NCBI RefSeq assembly: GCF_001194135.2
Contig: NC_068982.1
Span: forward strand, 165,988,734 to 166,042,931
Origin: Octopus bimaculoides
Lineage: Eukaryota
Length of the DNA stretch: 54,198 nt
Direction: 5' to 3'
The notes under the pieces are model-generated. The model made no database searches. It was not told the DNA's origin and worked only from the letters and a program-made list of their open reading frames with translations. Position numbers and translations under genes: made by a program. Shown here piece by piece: positions 39,892-52,549 of the stretch (positions are counted from its first letter, which is position 1; each line of letters starts with the position of its first letter).

Positions 39892-40657
39892 AGCTCGGTT
39901 TCACCCGGTCAGAGAACGACGCGAAGAGAAAAACGAAGACATAAAAAAAAATGAAGAAGTGGACACGAAGTGTTGTTTGGATCTTGGTAGAAAAAAAAAA
40001 GAATGTCAGTCATGGTGAGTTAGTAAGGAGAGCAAAGCAAGATTGGACTTACGTGGGCTGACAGGACGATGAAAAGATTGCGGAGTTGAAATTGGTGCAG
40101 TTGAAGTTGCAGTTGTTATCATTGGAGTGCTTCTTGGTAGAGAACATTCTTTGTCCTTCCCTCGAGTGCACAAATGGAAAGATTATGGGGATTGCCTACA
40201 CGGGAGCGGCCAACATACAGTTGTCCGTGTGAGAATTCTTGCTCTGTCAGATTCAAACCAACCACTTGCAGTGATTGTCCCTGCGCCTTGTTGACTGTCA
40301 TGGCAAAGCAGAGTTTGATGGGAAATTGCACCCGTTTAAACTTGAAGGTCGTATCGGAGGGAGTGAGGGACATGGGAGTCATAAGTACGTCCTTGCTAGC
40401 TGCCGGTCCATTCAAGATTGTTGCCTGTCGAACTCGGGAGCACAATATTTTGATAATCATCCGCGTACCATTGCACATTATTGGAGCATCTAAATTCCTT
40501 AGCAGCATGATTGGTGCGCCAACCTTCAGATGCAGTTCGTGAGGTGGTAGTTCTGCGGATGCTTGGGAGTTAAGGAATTCAGGCGTAGTGTTTCTCAACC
40601 TTATCATTTCGGCTCCCCTGTTTCGGTTGGAGCCTCCAGTTGTACGAAAATTTTATG
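39892..40657 (-). mobile_element. Helitron 3' part: PIF1-family helicase C-terminus plus 3' UTR
   Basis: ORF 40119-40607: PEFLNS..AELPPHELHLKVGAPIMLLRNL..CNGTR..FKFKRVQFPIKLCFAMTVNKAQGQSL..FSHGQLYVGRSRV..TKNVLYQEAL*. The intronless C-terminal ending is typical of Helitron RepHel. A hairpin-like ACCGGGTGAAACCGAG abuts the N gap at 39891; both ends lie in gaps. Confidence 0.88.
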
Positions 40658-41867
40658 NNNNNNNNNNNNNNNNNNNNNNNNNNNNNNNNNNNNNNNNNNN
40701 NNNNNNNNNNNNNNNNNNNNNNNNNNNNNNNNNNNNNNNNNNNNNNNNNNNNNNNNNNNNNNNNNNNNNNNNNNNNNNNNNNNNNNNNNNNNNNNNNNNN
40801 NNNNNNNNNNNNNNNNNNNNNNNNNNNNNNNNNNNNNNNNNNNNNNNNNNNNNNNNNNNNNNNNNNNNNNNNNNNNNNNNNNNNNNNNNNNNNNNNNNNN
40901 NNNNNNNNNNNNNNNNNNNNNNNNNNNNNNNNNNNNNNNNNNNNNNNNNNNNNNNNNNNNNNNNNNNNNNNNNNNNNNNNNNNNNNNNNNNNNNNNNNNN
41001 NNNNNNNNNNNNNNNNNGGCACATCGTAAAAGTAATAATAAAGAATTACTAAATATAAAGAAAAGTATGTTTTTTGAAGCAAATACAGTTAGAAAAAATA
41101 TTTGCCATTCCAAATCATCACTAAAAACAAAGCTCATCAATTTTTGAATGAAATAATAATTTTATTCTTTTATTGTAAGTTGTAAATTTTGCTCGAGAAA
41201 TAAAGTAAATAATCACCAAATGCATTGTTAAAAATCTGCAACTCGATAGCAAATATCTCCAAATTGATTAGAAATGCATAAATTTAATAATAATGATGCT
41301 AAATAAAATTTGGTCGAGAAATACCAAAGAAATTACTTCATATCAACAAAAAACAGACATGTACCTTTATAGAGAACAGATTGTACTCAAGTGAAACATA
41401 CCAAATATACAGTTTGAAACGCTGTAGGATTTTTCTTTTCAGCGTTGAATGTTAATCTCACTTCTATTGCGCGCACGCAGGCACACACACACACATAAAC
41501 ACAAACACACATACACACATGCGCGCACGCACACACACACATTCACATTCATAACCCCCCACATGTATTCACACAGAGTTGAAATGCTGACATCACCCCT
41601 TCCTTATTCATGTATCACCCCTTCCTTTCTCATTCATAAACACAAGAGTATTATTATAGGAGATTATCTCGCTAACCACGAGACCTATGAAAAAAATAAA
41701 AAGTCCAGTATCATCACCAGATGATTCTATACATCTGTATATTTTTTCGTGCAATTCTACCCAGCTGTTTGACCGTGAATCGTAAGACAAGAAAGAATCG
41801 CCCATGTCGAATTTATATGTGTAGATATATATATATAAACCCATCTTTTGAATAAGCAGAGTGTCTA

Positions 41868-42266
41868 ATATAAGTACACTATAAATATCACAAACTCTTT
41901 TTTCAGCACAATACAGAAGATAGTTAGTACCTTATAGAAGGCATCGTAACTCAAATGGACCGATGCAACAGAAGTAACAGCACTCAGAATAAACCAAATC
42001 CACCACCTAAATATAATTGCAGCACCGGCCTGATTTTTACTATTTATTTTTAAAGGCTCGCAAAACACAAGTGTATAGAAATAATATTTAAAATGGTATC
42101 GGAAAATTTCTATAAAAAGCAAACGGAAAATACATTTGAAAATCGAAACTAGAGTATACTCAATCTTTGAAGTACATGTATAACATAAATTCCATTTCCA
42201 TAAGCCATTAGGTTTGAAACTTGTAGAAGAACAGAAATCACAATATTTGGATAACTCGATCCGTAA
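41868..42266 (-). CDS. 133-codon stop-free frame containing a hydrophobic exon candidate
   Basis: The frame is open from 42266 to 41868: ...SKYCDFCSSTSFKPNGLWKWNLCYTCTSKIEY...FRWWIWFILSAVTSVASVHLSYDAFYK. An internal acceptor atatttag|GTGG and donor AAG|gtacta delimit a TM-like exon at about 42006-41931. Confidence 0.3.
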
Positions 42267-42594
42267 TTAATATCACATCACCATACGGTTATTAGTTTAT
42301 AAAGTGAAGCTTGAATAAGACTGAAATATAACACTATGTAATACATCAGATTGTTAACTGAAAAACAAATTATTACCGTATAGAAGGTATCAAATTTTAG
42401 GCATCATAATTGATATCTATGGAAACATTCTTTCAACATCAAATAGGATAAACACACTATCACTTGTACAGATCATTCACACCAGGTAAGCAACAATCTA
42501 AATAGTCAGTCGTAATTCTTACATTGTACAATATCCACCAACCATATCTTCTCTGAGATTGTCTATCAGACAAACATTTCAATTAAACTCATTC

Positions 42595-42665
42595 CCAGTT
42601 ATAAAAATACTGCAATCTTAATATCTGACCAGTTATAAAAATACTGCAATCTTAATATCTGACCA
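42595..42665 (+). repeat. 34-bp perfect tandem duplication
   Basis: CCAGTTATAAAAATACTGCAATCTTAATATCTGA x2. Confidence 0.95.
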
Positions 42666-44389
42666 ATGTTGATCAACGAAGTATAGTGTTCCTGTTCTGC
42701 ACCTCCAATCTGTTTATTTTTATATTTATCTTCTGAATGAATGCATACATATATACTGTTATTGTTATTGTTATTGTTATGTTCCTATATTATTATCTTT
42801 GATGGTGTACATCCCAACACAGCAACTGAGATTAACAGCATATTTCCTAAAGGCTATTATTAACTACAGTTGCTGTAGTTTTTGTATGTATTTAAAAAAT
42901 TTGTGTTTTCTGAGATTCATTTTGGCATTACGCTTTAATAGTTTGTAGTATTGTAGATGTGTTTGGGTGTTTTAATCTGACTTAATACATTATGTTTGGG
43001 AACTTCTGTGACAACAAAATGGCTCCATTTGATATTTAGTCAGTCTTCCATATTTTATTTTGAGTAACTGTTTTAACTCACTACCTAATAATTATTTCAT
43101 CGTAGTTATATCCATCTCAGTTCTGATAGACCCACCCTATGGAATGCAAGTTGATGCTAGAGTGATATGCTGCGATCCACAAATCGATTTTCTCAGTTAT
43201 ACCATGTCACCACCTAACTGAGAATCATACCCCTCAACCTAATATGCAGTGAGGGATGATATGGGGTGCAAGTATGACAATTTAGAAATGCTACACTCTT
43301 CTCTCTGGCAAGTCAGTTTCTACACGACCGTAAAATTCTCCTAGTAGCCACAGCGAAGACAGAACGCAAAAGTTACTGTTCCTTCAGATATTTTGTTCGT
43401 AGTGCATATCCCAGAATAGTATTTGAGACTAGACTGGTATGGCTACCGATTTTGCAACTATTTCTTAATGCATGTGTTCCTTTGATTGTGCTACTCGAAT
43501 GGGATATGTAGTGTCTTTCGAATGTTATTGAGAAGTGTTTTGGAATGTTGTAGATGTGACTTGGCGGTTTTTCGCGTAGTTGGAAATTACTGAGAGAACT
43601 GAAATGTGTTGTGTAAATAAACAATATCTCTCACATGACGAGATGGTTTTTCTCTTTCAATATGGTTGATCTGGAATGTTCTCTGTGGGTAGTTTTGCGC
43701 ACTTTGTACTCTGTGTGTTGTTGAAGAGAGATTAAAGCCAAACCAGAACTGTCATAGTCATGATGAAGTTAATATAGAGTTTGGACACTAACGTTGTTTT
43801 GGCTTTTTGCAAGCCAAGTATACTGCAATTACTCTCAATATTTTGTGTCGTTTTTCTTTTGTTACTATGCCTTCTATGTTCATTGTGACTTGTTGAAGGT
43901 GTGTCATAATTCCCTTTTATCTTCTCCGTGTGCGACATGTTTCTGTTATTAAATACGATTGGTGCACGTGTTTGATGGTCCCTCTATATTGCTGGTAAAG
44001 CAAAAAACACTGGTGACATTTATCCCCATTTCAAAGTGGGTATTGTTTTAGAACACAGAACACTGCGGTAGTTACCACGAGAAAATCTCTAGTATGGGCG
44101 TTTTGGTGCATAAAAGGGCTCTTTTTGACATATAGGCAATGAGATTCTATGTATATTGTTAGCAGGAATATCGCTGCTATTTCCAACAGTTGAGCGTTTA
44201 ACATTGACAAGGCCAGGAAAAGCTGAAATTATAGGCGGTAGTGATGACGGGTGGTTTATCGCCCGCTAGCGATGTAAACAAGAGCGCTCATATGCAACGA
44301 ATAGCCCATATGAGAGGTTCTTCATGGTAAGTATTGCAGTATTCTGTATTCTAACACAGCATCCACTTTTAAGAGGAGATAAATATTAT

Positions 44390-44668
44390 TACAATTAAAC
44401 CTTGGGAGAGGCATTATGCCGGTAATAAACACACGCACTGGTTCAGTCCTTTATTAATTTATATAGTTTTTTGTTAAATTATTTCATTGCACTCTTGCAA
44501 TCTCTTCAGTAACTTGTCTCTCTACTCACTTCCATTTATTTTGAATGTATGAAGAGATTGCAAGAGTGCAATGAAATAATTTAACAAAAAACTATATAAA
44601 TTAATAAAGGACTGAACCAGTGCGTGTGTTTATTACTGGCATAATGCCTCTCCCAAGGTTTAATTGTA
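44390..44668. mobile_element. Foldback element / MITE with 119-bp near-perfect inverted arms
   Basis: Arms 44390-44508 and 44550-44668 are reverse complements with one mismatch, separated by a 41-nt spacer. Both ends are TA (TACAATTAAAC...GTTTAATTGTA), compatible with a Tc1/mariner TA target site. Confidence 0.8.
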
Positions 44669-44769
44669 TTTCTTTCAACACACGTATCCACATCAAGAAT
44701 CTTGCACACGAAATACACATACGAAATATATATTATTTTTTTTTTGTATTAATATTGCTTTTCTCGCTA

Positions 44770-45250
44770 ATAATTATTATTTAGAAATCACTGAGTTTGG
44801 AAGCAGATGCTTAAAGTCTGTTATTTCGGAACCTGGTTTCTAGATGATTTCTGTAAAGTTTCGACGGTTTTATACCTGCTTTAGGAGAACCGTACAAGGC
44901 TGCCAGTATATTATCTTCAGATGAGGTTTTATGTATGTTTTTAGAGTATGTGGTGTGATGGTGTAGTTAGTTATGTGCTGAAAGAAGTGAATAAGAGACC
45001 AGATCTCTACAATATTCCAGATTTTATCATGTTTTGTTCTTAGTGCTCTTGCTAGTCTTACTATTGTTACTGTTCATATTGAGAATGTTTGTTGTCGCTA
45101 TGATGGAGTTTTCTTGTTATTGTTGTTTTGTTTCTTGATTTTTTTACTGCCGTTGTTGTGATTGGAGCTGTTATTGACTATCCACTTATCCATCAAATCT
45201 TTGGTGTATCCTCGGATCTTGTTCTAACTAGTATTGACTTTTCACGTGTT
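44770..45250 (-). mobile_element. Possible Penelope-like element 3' end
   Basis: The minus strand ends ...CTCCTAAAGCAGGTATAAAACCGTCGAAAC...GTTCCGAAATAAC, resembling PLE terminal (CTGA..A..CGAAAC) motifs. No diagnostic protein motif was read. Confidence 0.3.
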
Positions 45251-45261
45251 CATTGATGACA

Positions 45262-45617
45262 TTAAGTAACTAGCAGTACGTGTTGTCAGTCTCTCTATAC
45301 AATTACTTATTCACTTGACACTAATTATGAAGTCTTTCAACATCAGTGTAAATTATTTGAAATTACTAAGGAGACAAACAATATGCCAGAATTTTAAATG
45401 AACAATTATTTCATTTCATCTTCTTTTATATTATTTAATACTATTTTACAGCAAAAAGAATACAATAGAGACCATTTAGCAATGTATTTTATAATGCATA
45501 ATATAGAAAGAGAATAAAATAAACCAATCAATACTTGAGCCTCTAATGAGCCCCAGGCGTGAACTGAAAAATTAAAAACAAGATATCAAAGAAGATATGG
45601 CCATGAGGTTAAGAAAT
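45262..45617 (+). repeat. Dispersed ~350-bp direct repeat, copy 2
   Basis: Aligns to 38806-39154; here the SINE continues to about 45770. Confidence 0.9.
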
Positions 45618-45975
45618 TCGTTTCACAATCCCATGGCTTTAGGTTCGATTCTATTTCAAGATATTTGGAAAACTTTCTTCGCCCATAGGGTGACTCATAG
45701 GACCAACTCAGTTATTGTCTTTGTGAGTGATATTAGACGGGCGGAAGCTGTAGAAACTGCCCAGAAGCCCGTTGAGTGGATTTCACTTGCTCTTGATGGA
45801 TAGACTTGATTTACTGTTCTATTTAATACCACTACTTGATGCTCGGCCACATTTTTATCAGAGTTCGTTTTGTTACAAGCATCCGGGTCGAGTGTCGGGT
45901 ATAAGGAAAAAAACTTCCCCTACCAATCTTATTGGCTCTTTAAATGGTCGGAGCTGCTGTTCTTCCTGTTCCGAT

Positions 45976-46363
45976 GTTGTTGTTGGCACTCCGTCGCTTA
46001 CGACGTCGAGGGTTCCAATTGATCCGATCAACGGAACAGCCTGCTCGTGAAATTAACGTGCAAGTGGCTGAGCACTCCACAGACACGTGTACCCATAACG
46101 TAGTTCTCGGGGGTATTCAGCGTGACACAGAGTGTGACAAGGCTGGCCCTTTGAATTACAGGCACAGCAGAAACAGGAAGTAAGAGTGAGAGAAAGTTGT
46201 GGTGAAAGAGTACAACAGGGTTCGCCACCATTCCCTGCCGGAGCTTCGTGAAACTTTATGTGTTTTAGCTCAATAAACACTCACAACGCCCGGTCTTGGA
46301 ATCGAAACCGCGATCTTATGATCGCTAGTCTGCTGCCCTAACCGCTGGGCCATTGTGCCTCCA
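45976..46363 (-). mobile_element. tRNA-derived SINE, third family, with (ACA)n tail and TSD
   Basis: Minus-strand head GGAGGCACAATGGCCCAGCGGTTAGGGCAGC...GGTTTCGATTCC, tail GGAGTGCCAACAACAAC; CTGTTCCGAT at 45966-45975 and 46366-46375. Confidence 0.85.
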
Positions 46364-49300
46364 CTCTGTTCCGATAGGGGGGGAACAGTATAAAACATTA
46401 AAAAAAATATTGAATTAGTGTTTCTTTGTCTACTACGTTATCAAAATGCTACTTTTGTATTACTTTGTTCCTACAGCAATAATGCAAGTTGTTACTAGAA
46501 AATCGTTTTACGTTATACAATCTCTACATCCTTTTACTTTCTTTCGCTTTCTTTCTCTTTCTTTTTCTCTCTCCCTTTCTCTGTCTCCCCCTCTCTATCA
46601 TTCGTTCTCTTTTATTTAGGCACATGTCCATTATAAAGAGAGGACACCACAAGGACAGACAAAACAATGCATGGGGTACATAAAAACATAACATTCGTTC
46701 TCTCATTTAAGAGTTTGAATATCTTTAAAAAGCTTGGCATCGTTTTCACTGGATGGCCTCCTGAAAAGAGTAGCAGCGGGAATGCTATCGACAACGAGGA
46801 GAATGATCATTGAGGAACTTGCCCTTCACTCCTTTCGATAAAAAGTTCCCCTCTATAATTAGCATTGTAGTCACAGCTACTACTGCTTTCACGGTTCGCT
46901 TAAGATGCTTGATGCCAGACATTATGTAGATTAGAATGATCCGGACCTTAAGGTGGGTAAGAACTGGAAGGATATGACGCTCCAGGGAGCAAGTCTCCCC
47001 AGGAAACAAAAAATGCATAATATAAGTCGACAATTAAGTTACTGCACCGGCTTCTGTAAATGCCAATAATAAATACGATTAATTTATTGAAATATAGTCA
47101 AGCTACGATACGAATCTCTTTCGATAAAAAAAGTGACTTGTGCCTATCAAAGAAGTATTTATTAAAAGAAGCTACATTACGTTTATCTACATGAAGTATA
47201 TAAATTAAAAATCGATCTAAAGCTCAAGTCCTTCAGAAGAAAGCATTAACATAAAACCAATCCAAATTTTAATTTAGTTTCTTATTGAATAAGTGAAGAT
47301 AAATATACTCTAATTAAACTACATTACTGGAAACTACTGAAAGATTTCGTAGCTATGGTTTCAAAATATTTATTTCTTACATATGTTGAAGACGTGAGAT
47401 ATATTGTGAACAGAAAGGCCTAAATATAATGTTCAAACCGCACTTTTAGAGGTATTGACAAATGTCATGAAAGGAGGCTACAACACATCCAGAGTTCATT
47501 TTCACACCACGGCATATTTTTCACTATATGCAAGCAACATTTTAGGGACTAAGTATTACCTTTCAGTTTAATCCATCGCAGTTTATTACAGGTAATTTAT
47601 AAGTACATAATGTATGGAAATTGCTGATACCTAGATTATTGTACTTCCTTATGCTGCATTAACAATTCGTTTCGATACAGTTGCATTGTGAGTTTAACGT
47701 TTCGGTTTCCAAGCTTTGCCTTCGTTTGTTCTGCAGCTTCGATAATCACCATTTTCACTTAAATTATTGAAATTATGGTGGATAATAAATGGCAGTTGGA
47801 ACCTTTACTATTTTCAAACTCCTAGTGCTTCATTTTCCTACATTTTTTTTTATTTGTGTGGATAGCAACATATAACTTTGCATACCCTTTTTAAAGAAAG
47901 AACACTGCGTAACATATGGTATTCAAGATATCTTCTAGATTACAATTGAATGATACGTCTCAATCGAACTACTCTGCATGCATCACGAATGTGCCTCTAC
48001 TGATGTCATACCGACCATTTTGTCGTAGCTGCCTTGTCTCGAAAAATAATATACTTGCTCGAAAGATAATATACTTGGGCGGTTACAAATTCCGCTTCAG
48101 AACCACATTTCTCTGAGTTTAAACCAGCTCGTGTCATTGATTAATACTTTGTGAGTGAACTTTTTTTTACACAGAACATAAGCGGAAGCCCATCGTATGT
48201 ATGTGTTTCAACGATGTATATTAGTGAAAGATATTATCATCCGCAACGAAAAATCGAAACAAAACACATGCGGTTAACGAAGTCCCTTGAGATATTTCTT
48301 TTTTGTCACCATCATCATCAGAAATGCAGTGAACCGGTTAATTGGCCCATTCTAAAGTTATAACCAGGCCCGCTACTGTTCACTGATAGCCATATAATTT
48401 AACATTTAAAAAAATCAATTGACAAGTGAATTATTTTACATCATCATACTTTGCATCATCTTTCTCGGAAAACAAGCTGCTTTAATATAACTGAAAGAAT
48501 AAAACATTGTTTTTTTGTTTTTTTTTATCATTTTGTAATTCTTTTGCTGAACTCTATTTAAATTATTTACAACATCGTTTTAGGAAAGTATCTTCTATAA
48601 TATAACTGGAGGGAGGTTGCTTTAACTTATACGTTACATGTCTTGAAGCCAAAAATAAAATTTATGAAAAAGATAAACACGGAAACATTGAAATTATTAA
48701 CTCAGAAAAAATATACGAGATATTGTGGCTGATAATGATCGAAATTATTCCATTGAGAAATATGCAACAATTGAAATATTCTTCAGAGTTTTGTAACATT
48801 CGACAGACTACATTAAATTCCATATCAACGATAGTTATTTCAATGATATGTCTCGACTCCCTATTTCCCGTGGGCGTTTTTAATCATTGATACACTGTTG
48901 CATTTTCTGCGAAGTAAGCCAAGAAAATTATTAATGTGGCAGTACCTTAACCTCCATATATTCTTCTGGACAGAGTCGCTTAAATATAATTAGTAGTGAG
49001 CTATATAACTCGCTATATAAATGGAAATATATCGATATTTTCTATTTTCGTTTATTCGAGAGATAGATCTCTGTACATTAAATATACATAACTTTACCCG
49101 TGGTTTCTCTTCTCCCTAAGGAGAAATATGAAATACGATTATACTAAAGAAAAAGATAGATAAATAATCGATAATTGCATCAGTGATCTAAGAACATTTC
49201 TGTTATCTTTTGGGAAATGTAACATTGATATCACGATAGGTGGGGACCTCTTTTACATTTTTGATAGTTATATTCTTCCAAACAAAATCTTTACATTCTC

Positions 49301-49929
49301 AGTAATCTTTTCTAAAGTGGTAATTCAGTTGAATTTCATTCAGCAGCCGAGCAGATTTAACAAAGTAGTCTTCGTTTTGTATCTTTTGTTGTTTTAATGA
49401 AATGTAGTTACTTCTCTAGCTCAACAGTATTTTGTTTCGCTGTGAATCTAGAATACTAAACTAACGTTGTTAGTTACGAAGGGTAAAACAGCAATATAAG
49501 TGATGTTTTACCCTGGGAGAATTATTTTACAAACAGAATAGTTGTGAGTTCCATGCATTCAGCACTCACTCATACAACTCTTTCTTTGAGTAGGTAACGT
49601 GTAATTTGATCGAGTTTTCCTATGATTCTGAGAATAATTACCACAAAGTTTTACATGTTTCATGCATAATGGATAATGATATCATCTATCCTGCAATATT
49701 CCTATAATATAATTCCATCCTAGTTCTGTCAGTAAAGAAAATACTCATATGTTTCTATTGTCACCTTTATAAACTGCTCTTTATATATATATATATATAT
49801 ATATATTCCTGCTTATGTGGAAATATATATTGGTTGTTCGTTTGTTCGACCTTAGCCAGCATCGATCTGGCACAAGCCAGTTCTATTCCGTCACGTGTTG
49901 ACATCGTTCAGATTACTTCGATTTCTACA

Positions 49930-50620
49930 AAGTTCTCAACATCACTCCAGTGGAAGCCGCTACACACTCTTGCCTGCGGCACCAACGTGTCATCGTTGTT
50001 AAACCGGCTGATACAGCGCTTTCGAAGTATGACGAAAGAGCCAAAACACTACAAAGCCCAAACTCTCGAGTGACTCTCTGCAAACACCTTCCCTGTCACA
50101 TGCTAATCAACGATCGTAACCAGTGCGCCAAAAACTGCTTTCTATCCCTGAACATCAACTTATCGCTTCTCTTCTTCCTCCTCCTTCCATCTACCTCAAC
50201 ATTCGCATTTTACAAACTACCATCATATATTTTCCTCCCTAAAATCAAAAGCCCAACAACGACGGCCGCTCACCGTTTCCGTTTAGCTCCATTACTGAAC
50301 TTACGTCTAGATACCTTGATTTTTACTTATCCTCCCTCAAATTATTCCTTGCATTCCATATCCACAGCTCCAATCGTGCTTTTCCTTTCGCCTACTCATC
50401 CTTCTCATTTTATGGACGCAAGATGCATCTATATCTTCGTACTTCATGGCAAGTCCTCAGACTCTTTTCAACTGTTACACCACACTCGAACTAGGCACCT
50501 TACACTTCTCCACATCACTAAAGTAAACCTTATCCTCAGCTGCTTCTCTTTACCTAGTGTTTTCTACAGGACGCACAATAAAATTCCCCTAAGCGGGCAC
50601 AGGCATACACACTCTCAAGA
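49930..50620 (+). mobile_element. Penelope-like element reverse transcriptase relic
   Basis: RVIVVKPAD (cf. KPADKG), YIFLPKIKSP (cf. Y.LPKIHKP), SSITELTSRYLDFYL and FMDARCIY (cf. T.DV.SLY) in the order expected for PLE RT. Frameshifted. Confidence 0.7.
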
Positions 50621-51126
50621 ACTAACACATATTAACTCTTCTGCCACTTACTATCATTCTTTGTATGCATTTTTAAAATGCTTAGTTTTACTTGCTTCTT
50701 CTCAAAAACCACATTGTACCCACTTCCTTTATTTCTATCCACTTCCTTTATTCTTATAACGTTCTTCATTCTTTTGATAAACAGCCTGAACCCTACATAT
50801 CGTTATATTTACTTTTCCTGGCGGCAATTACATGCATGTATGTAAGTATGCCTGAATGTACGCATAAATACACACACAACTTAAAAGTTTACCAGAATGC
50901 ACGACACGTTACATTACTTGGGGGTTCGGTAAACTGTTCCACACATCAATGCTATATTTACCATTGTTTGAAAACCGACACCATATCGATGGACAGACTT
51001 GCGTGCAGAATTCGCAGAAAACGTAATTCATATTTTTCAGTTTGATTTATTATACACGCGTTTCAACAAGACGATAGACACGATTGGGCAACTCGGTTGT
51101 TGCCTCCTCGGTACAAACATTGAACC

Positions 51127-51294
51127 TGTTGTGCGAGAGTATGACACCCCCTGGCGAGAATAGACTAGACCCCTACATATGAATAGTAGCGGTCTGAGTA
51201 AGTGAAGTAGTTCGTGCTAGTTCCGCAATTCGTGTGTTGATAGTTCAAAGCAGACCGAGCACCTTGAGATAATGCCCAAGCGAAAGGGTTACTA

Positions 51295-51296
<2 letters not shown>
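51127..51296 (+). mobile_element. Gypsy relic: 5' half of an LTR fused to the last ~45 bp of pol
   Basis: 51127-51250 aligns with the LTR at 52550-52672 (roughly 80% by eye); 51251-51281 matches 54113-54143 (cagaccga.caccttgagataatgcccaagc). Confidence 0.7.
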
Positions 51297-51340
<44 letters not shown>

Positions 51341-51825
51341 NNNNNNNNNNNNNNNNNNNNNNNNNNNNNNNNNNNNNNNNNNNNNNNNNNNNNNNNNNNN
51401 NNNNNNNNNNNNNNNNNNNNNNNNNNNNNNNNNNNNNNNNNNNNNNNNNNNNNNNNNNNNNNNNNNNNNNNNNNNNNNNNNNNNNNNNNNNNNNNNNNNN
51501 NNNNNNNNNNNNNNNNNNNNNNNNNNNNNNNNNNNNNNNNNNNNNNNNNNNNNNNNNNNNNNNNNNNNNNNNNNNNNNNNNNNNNNNNNNNNNNNNNNNN
51601 NNNNNNNNNNNNNNNNNNNNNNNNNNNNATACACACACAAGGAGAATTAAAAAAGAAAACAAAAGACGAAGACAGGTGGTGTAGAAAGCAAACAGATGTA
51701 TTAGTATAACGCTCGGGAATTGAAAAAGTCTAACGTTTCGAGCCTACGCTCTTCCACAGAAAAGAACACAGAAATAAACAAGGAGAGAAAAAAAGGAGAG
51801 AGAAAACAAGGACACACACACACAT

Positions 51826-52171
51826 ATAAATGGAGTTAAACGCAGGTGTTATTCAAATCTTAATACTTCCGACATATGCTTCGTAGAAAACATTGGTATT
51901 ATTCCAGAAGGAATAAAATGATGTAAAACAATGCAATCTTCTCATCAGGGAAAAAAAGAAAAGCAAAACGCGTCAATAAGACATTTTAACCGAACGTGAT
52001 TACTGCATAAATGATGAAGTGAACGCTGGTAAGTTATGTTTTTAAAATAATGAGAAGATTGCATTGTTTATATCATTTAATTCCTTCTGGGATAATACCA
52101 ATGTTTGCTTCAAAACATGTGTCGGAAGTATAAGGATTTGAATAATACCTCCTGCGTTTAACTCCATTTAT
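51826..52171. mobile_element. Older foldback MITE with ~120-bp inverted arms
   Basis: 51826-51945 (ATAAATGGAGTTAAACGCAGG...ATCTTCTCAT) is the reverse complement of 52050-52171, with roughly 15% divergence and a ~104-nt spacer. Confidence 0.78.
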
Positions 52172-52549
52172 TTATTTATCTATGTTACACAAAATCATTT
52201 CACTAAACACTGGAATTTTTACCTTTATAAGTATATATATATACGTGTATATATANNNNNNNNNNNNNNNNNNNNNNNNNNNNNNNNNNNNNNNNNNNNN
52301 NNNNNNNNNNNNNNNNNNNNNNNNNNNNNNNNNNNNNNNNNNNNNNNNNNNNNNNNNNNNNNNNNNNNNNNNNNNNNNNNNNNNNNNNNNNNNNNNNNNN
52401 NNNNNNNNNNNNNNNNNNNNNNNNNNNNNNNNNNNNNNNNNNNNNNNNNNNNNNNNNNNNNNNNNNNNNNNNNNNNNNNNNNNNNNNNNNNNNNTATATA
52501 TATATATATATCTTTAATCGTTTGGAACATGAAATTTCAAAAGGGGAAA

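Noticed and set aside
40119-40607. Host PIF1 helicase gene
   Set aside because: Intronless, ends with the Helitron-type TKNV.Y.E.L terminus and has substitutions in conserved motifs; treated as a Helitron.
46285-46363. tRNA-like sequences (also 33442 and 19400)
   Set aside because: SINE heads followed by SINE bodies, tails and TSDs; no intact cloverleaf evident.
49950-50759. 269-aa ORF, the longest ungapped one in the track
   Set aside because: A mosaic of in-frame and out-of-frame Penelope RT remnants, not a host gene.
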